From positions 69,564,001 through 69,628,000 of the forward strand of contig OX597820.1 in assembly GCA_951406725.2 (NCBI GenBank): a stretch of DNA of 64,000 bases, written 5' to 3'. This stretch comes from Octopus vulgaris. Lineage: Eukaryota. The notes beneath the pieces are model-generated. The model was not told where the DNA came from, did no database searches, and saw only the letters and a program-made list of their open reading frames with translations. Position 1 is the stretch's first letter. Every line of letters starts with the position of its first letter. Made by a program: the position numbers and the translations under genes. Of this stretch, positions 13,507-27,408 are shown piece by piece.

Positions 13507-14072
13507 TGTTTCCATGTATACACAAACACATATGCACACATAAATATATATGTATAAATGCATATATACGTTTATATCTAAATACAGACACACCAACATA
13601 TACGCACTCACGCACGCACACACACACACACACATATACAGTCACATACATTTAGATATATATATATTCATACACACATAATGTAAGTAAGTCTTCAGAA
13701 AATTTATGGAGCTATTCTATCTATTAAGAGCCGGTTGCAAAGAAATTGACAATGTTCTCTAGTGCTGAGAATCTCTGTTGATGTAAATGTGTGTGTTTAT
13801 ATGTGCATGCAATTGGTATGTAGACCACCTTCCATTAGTATCAAACAGAGAAGCTTTGGAATTTTGGAAAAGAAATTCAATAATCTCTACGACTGTATAT
13901 TTCCTTCTTCAGTAGTCAATCGCATACAGTGGTGTATGCATATACACATATACATGATAACGCGCGCGCACACACACACATACACACACACACACACATG
14001 TATGTATATGCATTTTAAAGTGAATATGTATATATGTATATATGTATATATAATCATACATACGCGTATGAA

Positions 14073-14127
<55 letters not shown>

Positions 14128-14157
14128 ATATTCACATATATACGAATGAATATGTGA

Positions 14158-14197
<40 letters not shown>

Positions 14198-15620
14198 ACT
14201 TACATATATGCATATATATGCATGCGTATTCGCCCACATGTTTGTGCGTCTGTATGTGAACACATATGCAGTAAGCTGGTGGTGAGTTCACTTGTGAAAC
14301 ACATTTATTTAAAGCAAAATTTCTCTCCATCTTATTATAGCTGGCGAGATGTTTGTGGTCGGTTGCTTTTTAAATACTAATTCTTTCATATATCTATCAA
14401 ACTTTCTGGGATGTATGACCCTGTGATTTCAATGGTCAGCAATGTAATGACACTTCTAGTTGGAACACGGGTTTATATTTCGTGACTTTCTTTTTAATTG
14501 GGAACTGGATGCTGTAGTGTTTGATAGAAGGCCATTAATTGAAACATGTCTTTACCATATGTAGTTTTCGTGTCTTCATCCGATATTAACATGATACTAT
14601 TCATAAGAAGAAAGTATCTTGTATAACATTGCACGGATGCACATATTAATGTATGTATAGGTTTGTATAGATATGCATATGTGTATCTGTGCGCTTCACA
14701 CGACTTGATAAATTCAGTTTTAGTAGTGCCATATGAACTACGTTTAATATCCTAGCTAAATACAGATGAGAAAAATCGATGCTGTTTCTTCTTCCTTTCC
14801 TTATAACAGAACAAGCTGATATTCTGAAAACGTACAGCCTTACCAAGTCATTATAATTCTGCATCATAATCCATGTTATTATTAGTCATCCATGAATACT
14901 ACTGCTCTCAATCTTCTGAGGTGAATCGTATGCAATCAGGATATAGCCTTCCTTTTCTACATTGAGAAGAGCTGATATATTTCATTACTTAATAAAGCTC
15001 TTCCTACATTATATTAGGTAGCTGGCTCTTAAGAATTCATTTGGTGGTTATTAGTATTTAGCAAAGGTTCTGGCTTAAGATATATTTGAATTTCATATAA
15101 AGATGATATAGTAAGAGATTACCCACTGAAGGTAGCATACTCAGAAAAAAAAGACAAATCATAGGGTGGTCGGTCAAAGCTAGAAAGATTTGTCTCTGAA
15201 GACTGCTCCTCGTATTAGGTGAACAATTTTACCGGTACTAATATAATAACCTTTTCTTCAGGAGTAAGCTAAAACTATAGTTTTCCGTTTGATGAATAAG
15301 ATTCGTAGTATGAATATAGTGCATTAAATACCATACAATAAAAATTCCTGATTATTTTCTTCCTCATCTGGAGCAGGCTTTAGTTAAAATGTGATGAATT
15401 TGATATGTTATCTGGAGGCGACGATAATTTCAATAAAACATAAATATTTTTTACGTATTTGTCTATGCTAATCAGATATATAGCACATGTCACTTTGAAC
15501 TATTTGTAACTGACATTGGTTTAAATTATAGTATGAATGCTTCTTAATAAATGTCTATTTTTGGTCGTTGTATTTTTTATCTACGAGTCGTGATGACACT
15601 GTTGAAATGTTCTGAGGTTT

Positions 15621-16046
15621 GACAGGAGTAGTTGTGTGTTAAGTAGCTTGCTTACAAACCACATGGTTCCGGGTTCAGTCCCACTGCGTGGTACCATGGG
15701 CAAGTGTCTTCTACAATAGCCTCGGGCCGACCAAAGCCTTGTCAGTGGATTTGGTAGACGGAAACTGAAAGAAGCCCGTCGTATATATGTATATGTATAT
15801 ATATATCTTTATATGTGTGTGTGTGTGTGTTTGTGTGTCTGTGTTTGCCCCCACCCCACTCAACATCGCTTGACAAAAGATGGTTGTGTGTTTACGTCCC
15901 CGTAACTTAGCGGTTCGGCAAAAGCGGCCGATAGAATAAGTACTAGGCTTACAAAGAATACGTCCTGAAGTTGATTTGCGCGACTAATGGTGGTGCTCCA
16001 GCATCGCCTCACTCAAATGACTGAAACAAGTAAAAGAGTAAAAGAG
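15621..16046 (+). mobile_element. SINE family B copy
   Basis: Same head, core and microsatellite; tail ends (GTAAAAGA)n. Confidence 0.9.
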
Positions 16047-17513
16047 TTTCTTTTGTGTAATTCTGACACAGTATTTTCAAAAACGAGATACCTTACCCAG
16101 AAAAAAATCTAAGCAACTATATTTAGGATATTCTTGGAACTATATTTAAAATATATTTCAATCTTGTGTTTAGTGAGTATCCATGGCTGGGTAGTCTTAT
16201 GATTGAAAATATTTCCACCATGTTCATCACATATTTATTAGGGTATATAGTTTTAAATACTGTATTTGCCTGTGTAGATTTAAATACATTTTTTTAAAGA
16301 CAAGAACACTTGGTAGAAAATAAATTTGACAACTAATTTATGGTATGCAGATTCTTAATTCCAGAATCTACTTATAATAAAAACAAACAAATGAAAGTAA
16401 TGAACCTTCCTATATTTGACATGATGTCAATATATACAGACACTACTAATCATCATATCTGTCATCACAGTTTCTCAGCATCAGCAAAAATATAACAATG
16501 ATGCTCTCTATGGCTATGGGAATATCATACATGATTTCTTGTTTTGAATTAGTCAGAAAAGGAAAAGAGGCATCTAGGATATTTCTTAAGTTTTCTGAGG
16601 CTGAGAAATTACCGTCAAACCGAAAACGTGGCTGGAGTATTTGCGAAGTATTCGAACATCTGGAGTAGCCAAGAATCAGGTTGTTGCTGTTGTTGATGTT
16701 GTTGTGGTTGTGGTGGTGGTGGCGACAGTGGTACTGCTGCTGTGGTAGTCGTGTAGGTGGAGGAAAATCAGACGACTAAAAAGGAAAGATACATGCAGAA
16801 ACTTCCACGCAGTAAGGCATGATACTCTTTTTCGATTCTCCACCATCCCAAAATAATGAACTCACATGAAGTAAAACTCTTCAACTCTTCCAAACTTTGA
16901 AGTTTGGAAAATGTTTCTTCACTCTATCCTGCTCTCTACCATGACGATGACCTTCAGTTCTAAAATTAATTCAGGATTTTAAATTCATCTCCACTACCTC
17001 ACCTGTCTAGTTGAATTCGTCATCACCTTAACCTTCTTCGTCTCTGGTTAGTTTCACCTGAAATAAATTTGTGCACTAAAATGTTTTCTAATGATATATC
17101 TGTAAAAGTCAGATCGAGGCACAAAAATTTGATGAAGCTTATCACAATCTCAAAGATATAAAGGCAACTATACACCAATCAGTACTGTAACCCTAACTTC
17201 AACTATTATTTTCATTTCTCATTTATCTTTATTTGTCTTCGCTTCTGATTTTAACTGTTTTGATTAATTTCTCGCCACCTGTCTTTCTTTTGTTGCATTA
17301 GCTCTTAAACTCCTGTATAGAGGAGGTCTTCATATTAGCTAGTATTTCCGACTAAAACTTTAATCTTTCAGGTCTCCAACGCCGTTCACTGTTTAAAAAT
17401 ACATCAAGGTATTCCTGAAAAAAAAGCAGGAAACAAAAAAAAAAGACTATCAAACTTAGCCGGAACAATTTACATATTCAACACAATATAAAAATGATTT
17501 ACATATTTACATA

Positions 17514-17918
17514 GGCGTAGGAGTGGCTGTGTAGTAAGTAGCTTCTTACGAAACACATGGTTCCGGGTTCAGTCCCACTGCGTGGCACCTTGGGTGAGTG
17601 TCTTCTACTATAGCCTCGGGCCGACCGAAGACTTGTGAGTGGATTTGGTAGGTGGAGTCTGAAAGAAGCCTGTCGTATATATGTATATGTGTGAGTATAT
17701 GTTCGTGTGTCTGTGTTTGTCACCTCAACATCGCTTGATAACCGATGCTGGTGTGTTTATGTCCCCGTAACTTAGCGGTTCGGAAAAGAGACCGATTGGA
17801 TAAATACTAGGCTTACAAAGAATAAGTCCTGGGGTCGATTTGCTCGACAAAAGTCGGTGCTCCATCATGGCCACAGTCAAACGACTGAAGCAAGTAAAAG
17901 AGTAAAAGAGTAAAAGAG
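17514..17918 (+). mobile_element. SINE family B copy, full length
   Basis: GGCGTAGGAGTGGCTGTGTAGTAAG head; (GTAAAAGA)3 tail. Confidence 0.9.
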
Positions 17919-18619
17919 AGAGAGAGAGACAGGAAGGCGTTAAAAACAGTTAATCATAAAGGAACGAGTATACCAAACCATAAAACTATAGCACATTAGC
18001 TGACTGGCCATCAGTACTCATACAAGTCATGTAGACATTTTGTTTTCCGTTAAGCTGGCTGCTAATTCAATGTCCAGCAAAGTAGGCTTTATTAATTGAA
18101 TCAAAACATTAGTTTTACGGACATTTTAGCTTCATTTCTTTTTTGCATCAATGAAGTTAATTCCAGCTGCAAGCAAGTTGGAACTGAACTCGATTTCCGA
18201 GCTTTTCTATGAAGTACTTAACTGCCTTGAGGCTTAATCCAGCTCCTTCTATATACATACATGAGGATAAAGCTATATACATGCATACACACATACACAT
18301 ATTTATACATATATACACATACATATACATATGTACACTCATGTATATGTATATATACATGTGTAGGTATATAAATGCATATATATGTATACATACGTAT
18401 ATATGATGTATATATGTATATATATGTTTATATTTGTATGCTTATATATACATATTTACACACATGGGCGCGCGCGTGCGTGTGAATTTTTGTGTGGCAT
18501 TCTCCATCAGTCCATTCATAAACTGCATTATTACGAACAACTTCTCTATTTCGAAATACACCTATTATTACTTGTTTTATCATATGATTCTCTGGGTGGG
18601 TGAAACTGATAATAAAACA

Positions 18620-18926
18620 TTGTTTGTTCCTTCTCAAGCCATACCTTTGCTCATAAAGACCGGCATCCCGGTTTCCTTGGCGTATACGTTCCCCACTTGG
18701 AGGGGACACCGGTCCATCGTAGGTGAGCTGCAAGATGTAGGAGGAAAGAGTGAGAGAAAGTTGTGGCAAAAGAGTCAACAGAAGCTAGCCATTACATTCT
18801 GCCGGAGCCGCATGGAGCTTAGGTGTTTCGCTCATAAACACACACACATCGCCCAGTCTGAGACTCCAACACGCGATCCCACGACCGCGAGTCCACTACT
18901 CTAACCACTAGGCCATGTGCATCCAC
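18620..18926 (-). mobile_element. tRNA-headed SINE with V-domain-like core
   Basis: rc head GTGGATGCACATGGCCTAGTGGTTAG..; core ACCTACGATGGACCGGTGTCCCCTCCA resembles the V-SINE domain; tail shared with 28513-28753. Confidence 0.6.
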
Positions 18927-19160
18927 GTAGTAAAACATGGTTGCTGACGTTACAATTTGGCGATAATGACAAGATATATTCTTTCATTCTTTAATACATT
19001 ATTTATATTTTCTCAAAATCTGGGTTGGTTGGTTGGTTGGTTGGTATTATTTATCTTCCTTGTTTCATGTCTTTGGATTTCATATTTCACAAGAGTAAGT
19101 CTGTTTTGTACTGATTGGAGGGACAATATCATTTAATCGAAGCTTTTTATATGTATGTGT

Positions 19161-19242
<82 letters not shown>

Positions 19243-19384
19243 ATAACCATAATATAAATAATATATAAATATATGCATGTATACATACATATATATATAC
19301 ATACCTATATATATATATGCATGTATACATACATATATACATACATATATATATACATACCTATATATATATATGTATATATGT

Positions 19385-19580
19385 ATGCATATATGGGTAC
19401 AGGACATCAAAAATACGAGGACAGAATGAGAAACGATAACGTAAAAAATAAAAACATAAAAATCGAACTATTTTTTCGAACAACGAATAAAATCAAACAG
19501 AGAAACGAGGCAGGCATTAAATAGTAAGAACATTCTCTTCATCAGTTTTCCCCTGTTTTATCTACTCTGCGTTTGGAAGG
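19385..19580 (-). mobile_element. Short repeat inserted in (TA)n, probable Penelope pseudo-LTR fragment
   Basis: Paralogous (inverted) to 57830-57990; contains CTGATGAAG on the minus strand; flanked by (TA)n on both sides. Confidence 0.5.
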
Positions 19581-20109
19581 TATATATATACATACATATA
19601 TATATATATAATATACTTATATATATATATGTATATATATATATACATATATATATATGCATATTTATACATATATATACATACATATATATACATATAT
19701 ATACATATATATAATATATATACACATATACATATATATACATATATATATATATATACATTTATATACATATATATACATATATATACATATATATATA
19801 TTTATACATATATATATGTGTATGTATGCATGTATGTCTGTATGTATATGTGTTTGTGTATGTGTGTGTGTGTGTGTGTGAGTCTTTCTATCTGTGATTG
19901 TTATTCGACCAACTAAATATCTTCAAGCGGTGCCCCAGCATGGCCGCAGTGAAATGACTAAAACAAGGACTGGTATATTTATATCACTTTTAATGTTATC
20001 CTTACAGATATCTTCTCTAAAATTTAGAGCCAGCACTGAATGTTATGAATATGTCTATGTAAGCAATGCAATCGAAGAAACAAAAATAGATAAAATTTAC
20101 AAGTTTATA

Positions 20110-20435
20110 TTTATTGTTTTATTCTTTAAATGATTTCAGTTCGGGAATAGCGGTCTTTACATAAAACCTCTTCTGATGCGCAGTGTTTGGTGAATGAGGG
20201 AGTTTGATGCATCTGCCCTCCTCTGCGTTTCACGCCGCGATGTAATTTCTTCCAGAACTCTTGACAGGAGGAGACCCAGATTTGTTTTCCAGACGTCTTA
20301 CGTCTTCCTAAGCCCTGAATAAATCTCTTTGGCTTTTGGGAAGGATATTAAAAAGCGGCAGTCTCTCGAAACTCAAGCTGCTGTTGCATTCTTTCCTGTA
20401 ACTTGTTGTCAGTTTTAGGAAATATGCAGTACCGC
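20110..20435 (-). mobile_element. CR1-like LINE 3' fragment
   Basis: Minus-strand translation CNSSLSFERLPLFNILPK..RDL...SNSLIHQ parallels 48880-49075 (CNSLGFKGPQLFDAL...SS.IIHK). Confidence 0.65.
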
Positions 20436-20466
20436 TATGTTCTGGTACTTGTGTGTATATATATAC

Positions 20467-20543
<77 letters not shown>

Positions 20544-20548
<5 letters not shown>

Positions 20549-21006
20549 GAATGAAAGAGGAAAGATGGAATATAAGAGAATTCATTATTAAACACGATAA
20601 TTGTTTCGATATATTTAGCATCGATTCCTCAAGGGAGGGACATTCAACAACTGGTTTAGGAGCATCCAGTGGTGCAGATGTATCTCGTCACTTCCCGTTT
20701 TGTAGATAGAAAAGCTTCTCTTTCTACAAAACAGAAAGTGACATTGCTGAACAGTTATTTTAACGAGTTGTGTTTTATTTATCACTCGACTAGATATATC
20801 TGCACCACCGGATGCTCCTGAACTAGTTGTTGAGTGTCCCACTCATGAAGGATCGATGCTAGGTGTGTCGAAACAATTCTGGTGATTAATAATAAATTCT
20901 CGTATATTCCATCTTCCGTTTTTCACTTGCCATATACATAACGACCACTATGAAAGCGACCGTGTTTTACCAGTAAGGTATCAAGTGTAAACCATTCATT
21001 TTCTGA
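20544..21006 (+). mobile_element. Fold-back Penelope-derived element (inverted pseudo-LTR pair)
   Basis: Arms about 20544-20685 and 20792-20936 are reverse complements; right part continues as a paralog of 50460-50680; flanked by (TA)n. Confidence 0.8.
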
Positions 21007-21016
21007 TATATATATA

Positions 21017-21133
<117 letters not shown>

Positions 21134-22239
21134 TTTGTTAGCTTGTTATCAAGCCATCTATCAATTCTTTAATATTACCTTAAATGTAAATGTAATGCCC
21201 ACCTGATGCCGTTGCAAAAAAAAAAAAACTAATAAAGAATTAAAAGAGGACAATATTTTAGACCTAATTTGACACGCGCTGATTGTTCTCTTTTTTCTTT
21301 CTAAGAATTATAAGCTTATAAGAGACTTTGTTGTTTAGTCCCAAACCATTTTGTAATGTACCCTTTCTAGAAATGATGACGTTAGGTTTCAGGCAAAATT
21401 GATGCCCCATCGATTCTTTGGGTCCTAGTATACATTCTAGCGATCTCGATATAACGACTGGTGAAGTCCATCTCGGTGACTTTTGCATGTAGAATATAAA
21501 GAAACCGAAAATGATGCTGAGAAGAATTTTTCCCAGCGCCCTAAATATTTTAAAATTTCGCTACGTCAGAAAAGTAAATAATAAAACAAACAAATTGAGA
21601 CGGTTAACGCTGAATCCAATGTGTCTTTTAGAATACTATCATTAACAGCAATTACTTAATCAATCCATAACCATCATAGGTAGGACATATGTAGAAGTGA
21701 CCTCATTTACTTGGCATTGAAGAAATGAGCATGAACCCATCACACACACACACACACACACACATACACACACATACAAAAGCGCACATATGCACACACA
21801 TTGAAATGTTTGAAGCATTTTAACAATCAATATTGGTCTCCCTTTCTATCTCTACCACTTTGTCTCTTTTCCCATTCTCTTCTTCTTCTTCTTCTTCTTC
21901 TTCTTCTTCTTCTTCCACTTCTTCTTTTTCTTCTTCCTCTCTCTCTGTCTCCTACTCCCCTCCTCCTCTTCCCGGTTCTCTCCCTCTCTCTCTCTCTCTC
22001 TAGATCTTAGGTACACTTATTCTATTGCTTCTGTAATTCATCCATTCTATGTTCTTCTTGAATATTCACGGAATACTTCTTTTTTTTTTAATTCAATAAA
22101 TGTTTAGAAAAATTGTAGATTCTATTATTGATAAAAATGCTTTTCTTCCTCAGAATATCACCCCAAAATACATCTTTTGTGAGCACTATAATTTCACATG
22201 CAATGTAACTATCGATCATTTCCTAACCTGAACTTATAA

Positions 22240-22893
22240 AACACACACACTCACACAAACGCACATACACACACACATACACACATACGCACGCACACAC
22301 ACACACACACACACACAAATACACACACATACACACATACGCATGCGCACACGCACAAATACACATATACACATACTCATATACACACATTCACACAGAC
22401 TCACACAAAGATACTCGCGCACACATAGACACACACTCAGATAAGCATATACACGCGCACACAACATGCACGGATATTCATACACACAAACATATACACG
22501 CGTGTACGTATTCTCACACCGAAGCACATATGCAACACACATGCACACACACATACATATTCACACACTCACATACACACATGCACGTTCACATACGCAC
22601 AAGGACATTCGCATGCATGCATATACGCACATAAATATTCACACCCACTCACATACACACATGCACTTTCACATACACCCTTATACACACGTACATATTC
22701 ACACGCACATACACTCACATACCCACCAGCGCATATTCACATCTACAAATCTACAAATACACACCCTCACAAACACATGCACGCACACACATCACACTCC
22801 GACACACAGGCGCACTCTCTTAATCGCACTCGCGCACACACACGCTCAAATAATACACATATGCACCTACACACAAACACACACATACACACA
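22240..22893. repeat. Degenerate (CA)n-derived low-complexity tract
   Basis: CA/TA-rich cryptic repeat about 650 bp long; source of His/Thr-rich ORFs. Confidence 0.85.
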
Positions 22894-23801
22894 CAAAAAA
22901 AAATAAGCAGAAATAAAATAAATAAATATAAAAAATAATAAATACAGACAAAAAGAAACGAATTGCAAATTGATGTGAAGTGTCACCGTTAAGTCTGAGT
23001 CTAGGAAAATGTCACAGAGAACGAAGCTGGAAATTATTGATCTCCACGTGAAAAAGATATAGAAGAGATTTGTGAACAATAAGCGTTTTGGAAAAGGAAA
23101 CGGATACCGAACGTGAGAGGAAATCTGTGAAGACTAATTGTCCTGTGAACTGCATATACCTCGAGAAAGAGCTCGGCTTTAGATTTTTCTCTCCGATAAA
23201 ATTGTAATATTTTTAGTCGACTTTCGGCAACAGCCTATGAGAATGACAGCTTAGGTGTTTTTAGTAGTTGAAAAACAAGTGTGTGTATGTGTAACGCTTA
23301 GGAATGAATGTGTATGTGCGTGTAAGTGTGTGTGTGTGTGAGCGTGGTTGTGAGAGAATTTCAAGTGTACGTGTATGTATATGTGCGTGTATGCTTGTCG
23401 CGAGAAATTTGCTTAGCAGCAGTTGTCGTTCTTGTTGACAAGAATTTGATGATACAGGTATATGTGTTTGAAGTGTGTGTTTGTATATAAGTACATATAA
23501 AAGTATGTGTGTGTGTGATTGTATATATATATATATATGTGCGTGTGTGTGTAAGTGTACATGGACGTGTTCGTGGACGTGTGTGTAAGTGTGCGTGGAT
23601 GTGTGTATGTGTTTACATAGACAGACAAAGGTGCACACGCATATGCATATATATATGCGTGTGTTAGTTTGTGTGTGAGTGTGTATGTGAGTGTTTGTTT
23701 GTGTGTGTGTGTATGTGAGTGTGTGTGTGTGTGTGTTTCCAGTGTTTTAAATCTGGGTTTTGTCTATACCGCTAGGCATTTCATCCACTGTGCTAACGAT
23801 T

Positions 23802-24015
23802 CTTTTCTGCTCTAGGCACAAGGACCGAAATTTTAAGAGATGAGGCCGGTCGATTAGATCGACTCCAGTACGCAACTGGTACTTAATTTATCGACCTCGA
23901 AAGGATAAAAGGCAAAGTCGACCTCGGCGGAATTTGAACTCAGAACGTAATGACACACGAAATAACGCTAAGCATTTCGTGCATCGTGCTAACGTGTCTG
24001 CCTGCTCGCCGCCTT
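23802..24015 (-). mobile_element. SINE family A copy
   Basis: Reverse complement of 94-305. Confidence 0.88.
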
Positions 24016-24356
24016 CAACTGCAAAGACTTCTGTCTGATGCTCCAATGAAAGTTTTGATTTGCCGACTGTTCTATTAATAACTTTTGGGGAAATTTTAAT
24101 GAACTGGTTGCAAAAACCTTTTGTCTTTTATCTTCTAGCTTTCATTTTTTTTCAGTTATTTGTCTACGGCTATAATCGGACACCGCCTTAAAGTCGAACA
24201 AATTGACACCAGAAGTTACTTTTTAAATTTTAGTACTTATTCTATCAGTCTCTTCTCGAACTGTTACGGTAACGTAAACAAACCAACACCGGTTATCAAG
24301 CAATGGAGGGGACAAGCACAAAGACATACACACACATATACATATATGTGTGTGTG

Positions 24357-24781
24357 TAGATTAGTGGTACAACAAGGCACTGGAAATAGCAGTCGATACA
24401 ATTACGACGCTATAGTAAAACTTCATTTGTATATACTGGCAGACGTGTGAGTGCAACAAACATGAAAAATTTGTCTTACTTCTAGGAAGAACATTCGATG
24501 AATACTGGCATTGATGTAGCAACATTTGAAATATTGTCTAGGTAAATGCAGTTGATGAAGACTGATCAAATTTACGTTGACAAACGTATTTGAAGAGTCT
24601 GAAACCGATTCTGGGTTGTCCATTTATCGAATGTTCTTCCTAGAGGTAAGACAAATTTTTCATGTTTATTGCACTTACATGTCTTTGCCATTATATACGG
24701 AGTGAAGCTTTACTGTAGCGTCATAATTGTATCGACTGCTATTTCCAGTGTATATTGTTGCCTTGTTGTACCACTAATCTA
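24357..24781 (+). mobile_element. Fold-back element with degenerate hammerhead in the loop (Penelope-derived)
   Basis: Arms 24357-24503 and 24622-24781 are reverse complements; loop carries TTGATGA-AGACT...AGTCT-GAAA. Confidence 0.85.
24549..24613 (+). ncRNA. Degenerate type-I minimal hammerhead ribozyme
   Basis: CAG / (T)TGATGA / long stem II AGACT..TCAAAT.TACGTT-gaca-AACGTA TTTGA..AGTCT / GAAA CCGATT / CTG; C3 and one stem III base are mutated. Confidence 0.6.
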
Positions 24782-24871
24782 TATCTATATTTATATTTAT
24801 ACTTCTACCTTTATGGTGCTTTATTTTACTGGAAAGTAATACATTTGTATTGCAATATTTATTATTATTAT

Positions 24872-24921
<50 letters not shown>

Positions 24922-26134
24922 GTATATATATATATACATATATATACATAATATGTATATATATATAAGACAGTCTTCCTTCAGTATCCATCTACCAAAT
25001 CCACTCACAAGTCCCTGGTCGGATCGAGGCTATAATATTAATAGAAGGTACTCGTCCCAGGCGCCAAGCAGTCGGACTGAACTCAGAACCTTGTGGTTGG
25101 TAAGCAAGCCTCTTCCTACACAGCCAAAATTTCTGAAACATACTGGTTAAGAATGTAAACAGCTGAGTCAATTCCTCGTCAGACTCGGCATTTATTCTAT
25201 CACCTCCATTAATTGGAAAAGCAGATCGACCATGGAGAGAACACAAGCCAGTCAACTCCTAGCTAGACTGCGACAGTATTCGATCATAATATAAACGTAA
25301 TTATATACTGGAGATCTATGTCCAGTTTTCGTTTGTTTCTGCGATTCTTATTTCTTTACTTTGCCAAGAATTAATTGTATCACCACTGGAAATAAATGCG
25401 TCTAAGTTGTCTTTATATGAAAATGTATGCCCAGGGAAATATTTGTCCTATTTTGTATGCCCTGGTGTGATTATTTGATAAGAGGTTGAACGTTATTGGA
25501 GACAAGTTTTGATCAATTCTTTATATATAAAAAATATCAAAACAACCTGTGGGATATAAGGAAACCGAGGGCTGAAAAGCGCATGTGTGTGTGTTTTAGT
25601 GTACATGTTTGTTTGCTTGCTTGTTTGTTTGTTTGTGTGTGTTTGTGTGTGTTTGTAAGTGTGTGTGTGTGTGTATGTGTGTGTGTGTGTGTGTGTTTAG
25701 CTATAGATGAGAAAAAAGGATGAAGCTCGAACGAGTTGAAAGAAAAGTGTAAGAAAATATTATGTGAAGGAGCAGATGGTCGAGAGAAAGATATATTAAA
25801 TAATAACAATAGAAAAGGGAACAAAGAAATGTGTGGTAAAAGAAGAAGAAGAAGAACAACAACAACAAGATGGAGAAGTTGTTGTTGAAGTAATTGAAAA
25901 AAACTGACCATGCTGGTATAGGCTGGCCAAACAGGAGATTGGTTTATTATACGGCAGTCGCCAGCTGGTAAAGGTATCTGCAATATTAGATGAAATATGA
26001 AAACATCTGTTAAAAAAATAAGAGAAAATATATTAAAAGAATAAATCAACATTATATTGAAAAAAATGACCCCATTTCTGACACCTTGCCTCTATGTAGG
26101 CCAGTTTACATTGGAGGGAAACAAATAACTTAAG

Positions 26135-26301
26135 ATGTCAGTCATGTCTGATTTGAAAAGAGCCGTAACCAGATTGGACTTAGATAGCAATGATCTTAAG
26201 GAAGAACAGCTATTGTGCCAAGTAACTATGCCTCAGGCGAACATTTCCCTTGCGGTTATTAGAGACGCAATGGCTCTCTCCTTCTGGACACTATCGAATC
26301 C
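26135..26301 (+). other. Possible first coding exon of an unknown gene (weak)
   Basis: Non-repetitive ATG-started 55-codon frame (MSVMSDLKRAVTRLDLD...) ending at a GTAAGA donor-like site; no recognised homology. Confidence 0.15.
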
Positions 26302-27195
26302 GTAAGATTTTTAAATTACGGAATCATTTAGCCTTAGGGGAATAGAGGAAAATTATTATATTTCTCGTTCGAAATCTTAAAGAGAAGAGCTATTTCGCCA
26401 GTATCCGTGTGAGTGTCGTTATAGTTTTTGCAAGTTGATTTAGGGTCGGAATTATTCGTTCGATGCTTGTCTGTGTAATTAGATAGTCGTCACGATTGAC
26501 CAATAAACGGAATGTCTCTGTTAAAGACTATAGCTACCACACTATCGAGTGCCTAGTTGTTAATTCAATAATTCGTCAGCTAAAACAGTCAAGATAAAAT
26601 CGACACGTTTAGGAGCGCTAGCTAAGTGAGAAGCGGCACTGCTCAGGAAATGTTGCGTTGATTCACTTCTGCTTCGTTAGTGAGTGTGACGAGCTTCATG
26701 AAGCATTTCAATGATAAAACAAAGACAAAGCCAACATTTCTCTTTGCTTTTCTCTTTCCACATATTTCTCCCTAAATTATTGGATTTTACTCCAGTAGGT
26801 TCCTTTCAGAAATCTATTTTAGTTTTATTTTCTTTGCTAAACTTTTTTCCTTTCTTAGCTTCTCGAGGCTTTTTAAACTTATCTAATATTGATTTCTAAT
26901 TTCTGTGTTAATTGGCTTATTTAAACGTGCTTTAATTGCTTTCATTTTAATTCTTTTCATCGTAACATTCAAAACAGAAAAAAATATTCTTCTCATATAG
27001 GTGCAGGCGTGGCTATGTGGTTAGAAGTTTACTTCACAACCACATACTCTGGGTTCAGTCCCACTGTACCTTAGAGACAAGTGTCTTATGCTATAGCCTC
27101 GGGCCTACCAAATACGTTTGAATAGATTTAGCAGATGGAAACAACCGTGTATGTATATATATATATATATTCATATAAAAGAAGAAAAATCACCA

Positions 27196-27276
27196 TCCCT
27201 TACAGCTGTTTCGATTGATACTCAGCGAATTAATTAAATATCAGATTCCTATGCCCTGAGCATATCTTCAGAAGGA
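27196..27276 (-). ncRNA. Hammerhead ribozyme-like motif in a about 190 bp (TA)n-flanked element (27172-27366)
   Basis: rc: TCCTT CTGAAGA T ATGCTCAG...CTGAGTAT CAATC GAAA CAGCTG TA AGGGA; stem I TCCTT/AGGGA; palindromic stem III ACAGCTGT. Confidence 0.65.
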
Positions 27277-27364
27277 AAAACTATAACTTTGGATGTTTAT
27301 ATATGTTTCTGGATTTATTATAGCAGAGACACCATCCCTTCATGAGGCTAACATAATCCCTAAT

Positions 27365-27406
<42 letters not shown>

Positions 27407-27408
<2 letters not shown>

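Larger units (their letters stand above)
24125..25126 (-). mobile_element. SINE family B copy split by an insertion in its internal microsatellite
   Basis: Tail half at 24125-24335 and head half at 24968-25126, both on the minus strand. Confidence 0.75.

Noticed and set aside
17514-17590. tRNA genes at SINE heads
   Set aside because: tRNA-like A/B boxes continue into SINE bodies and lack a full cloverleaf
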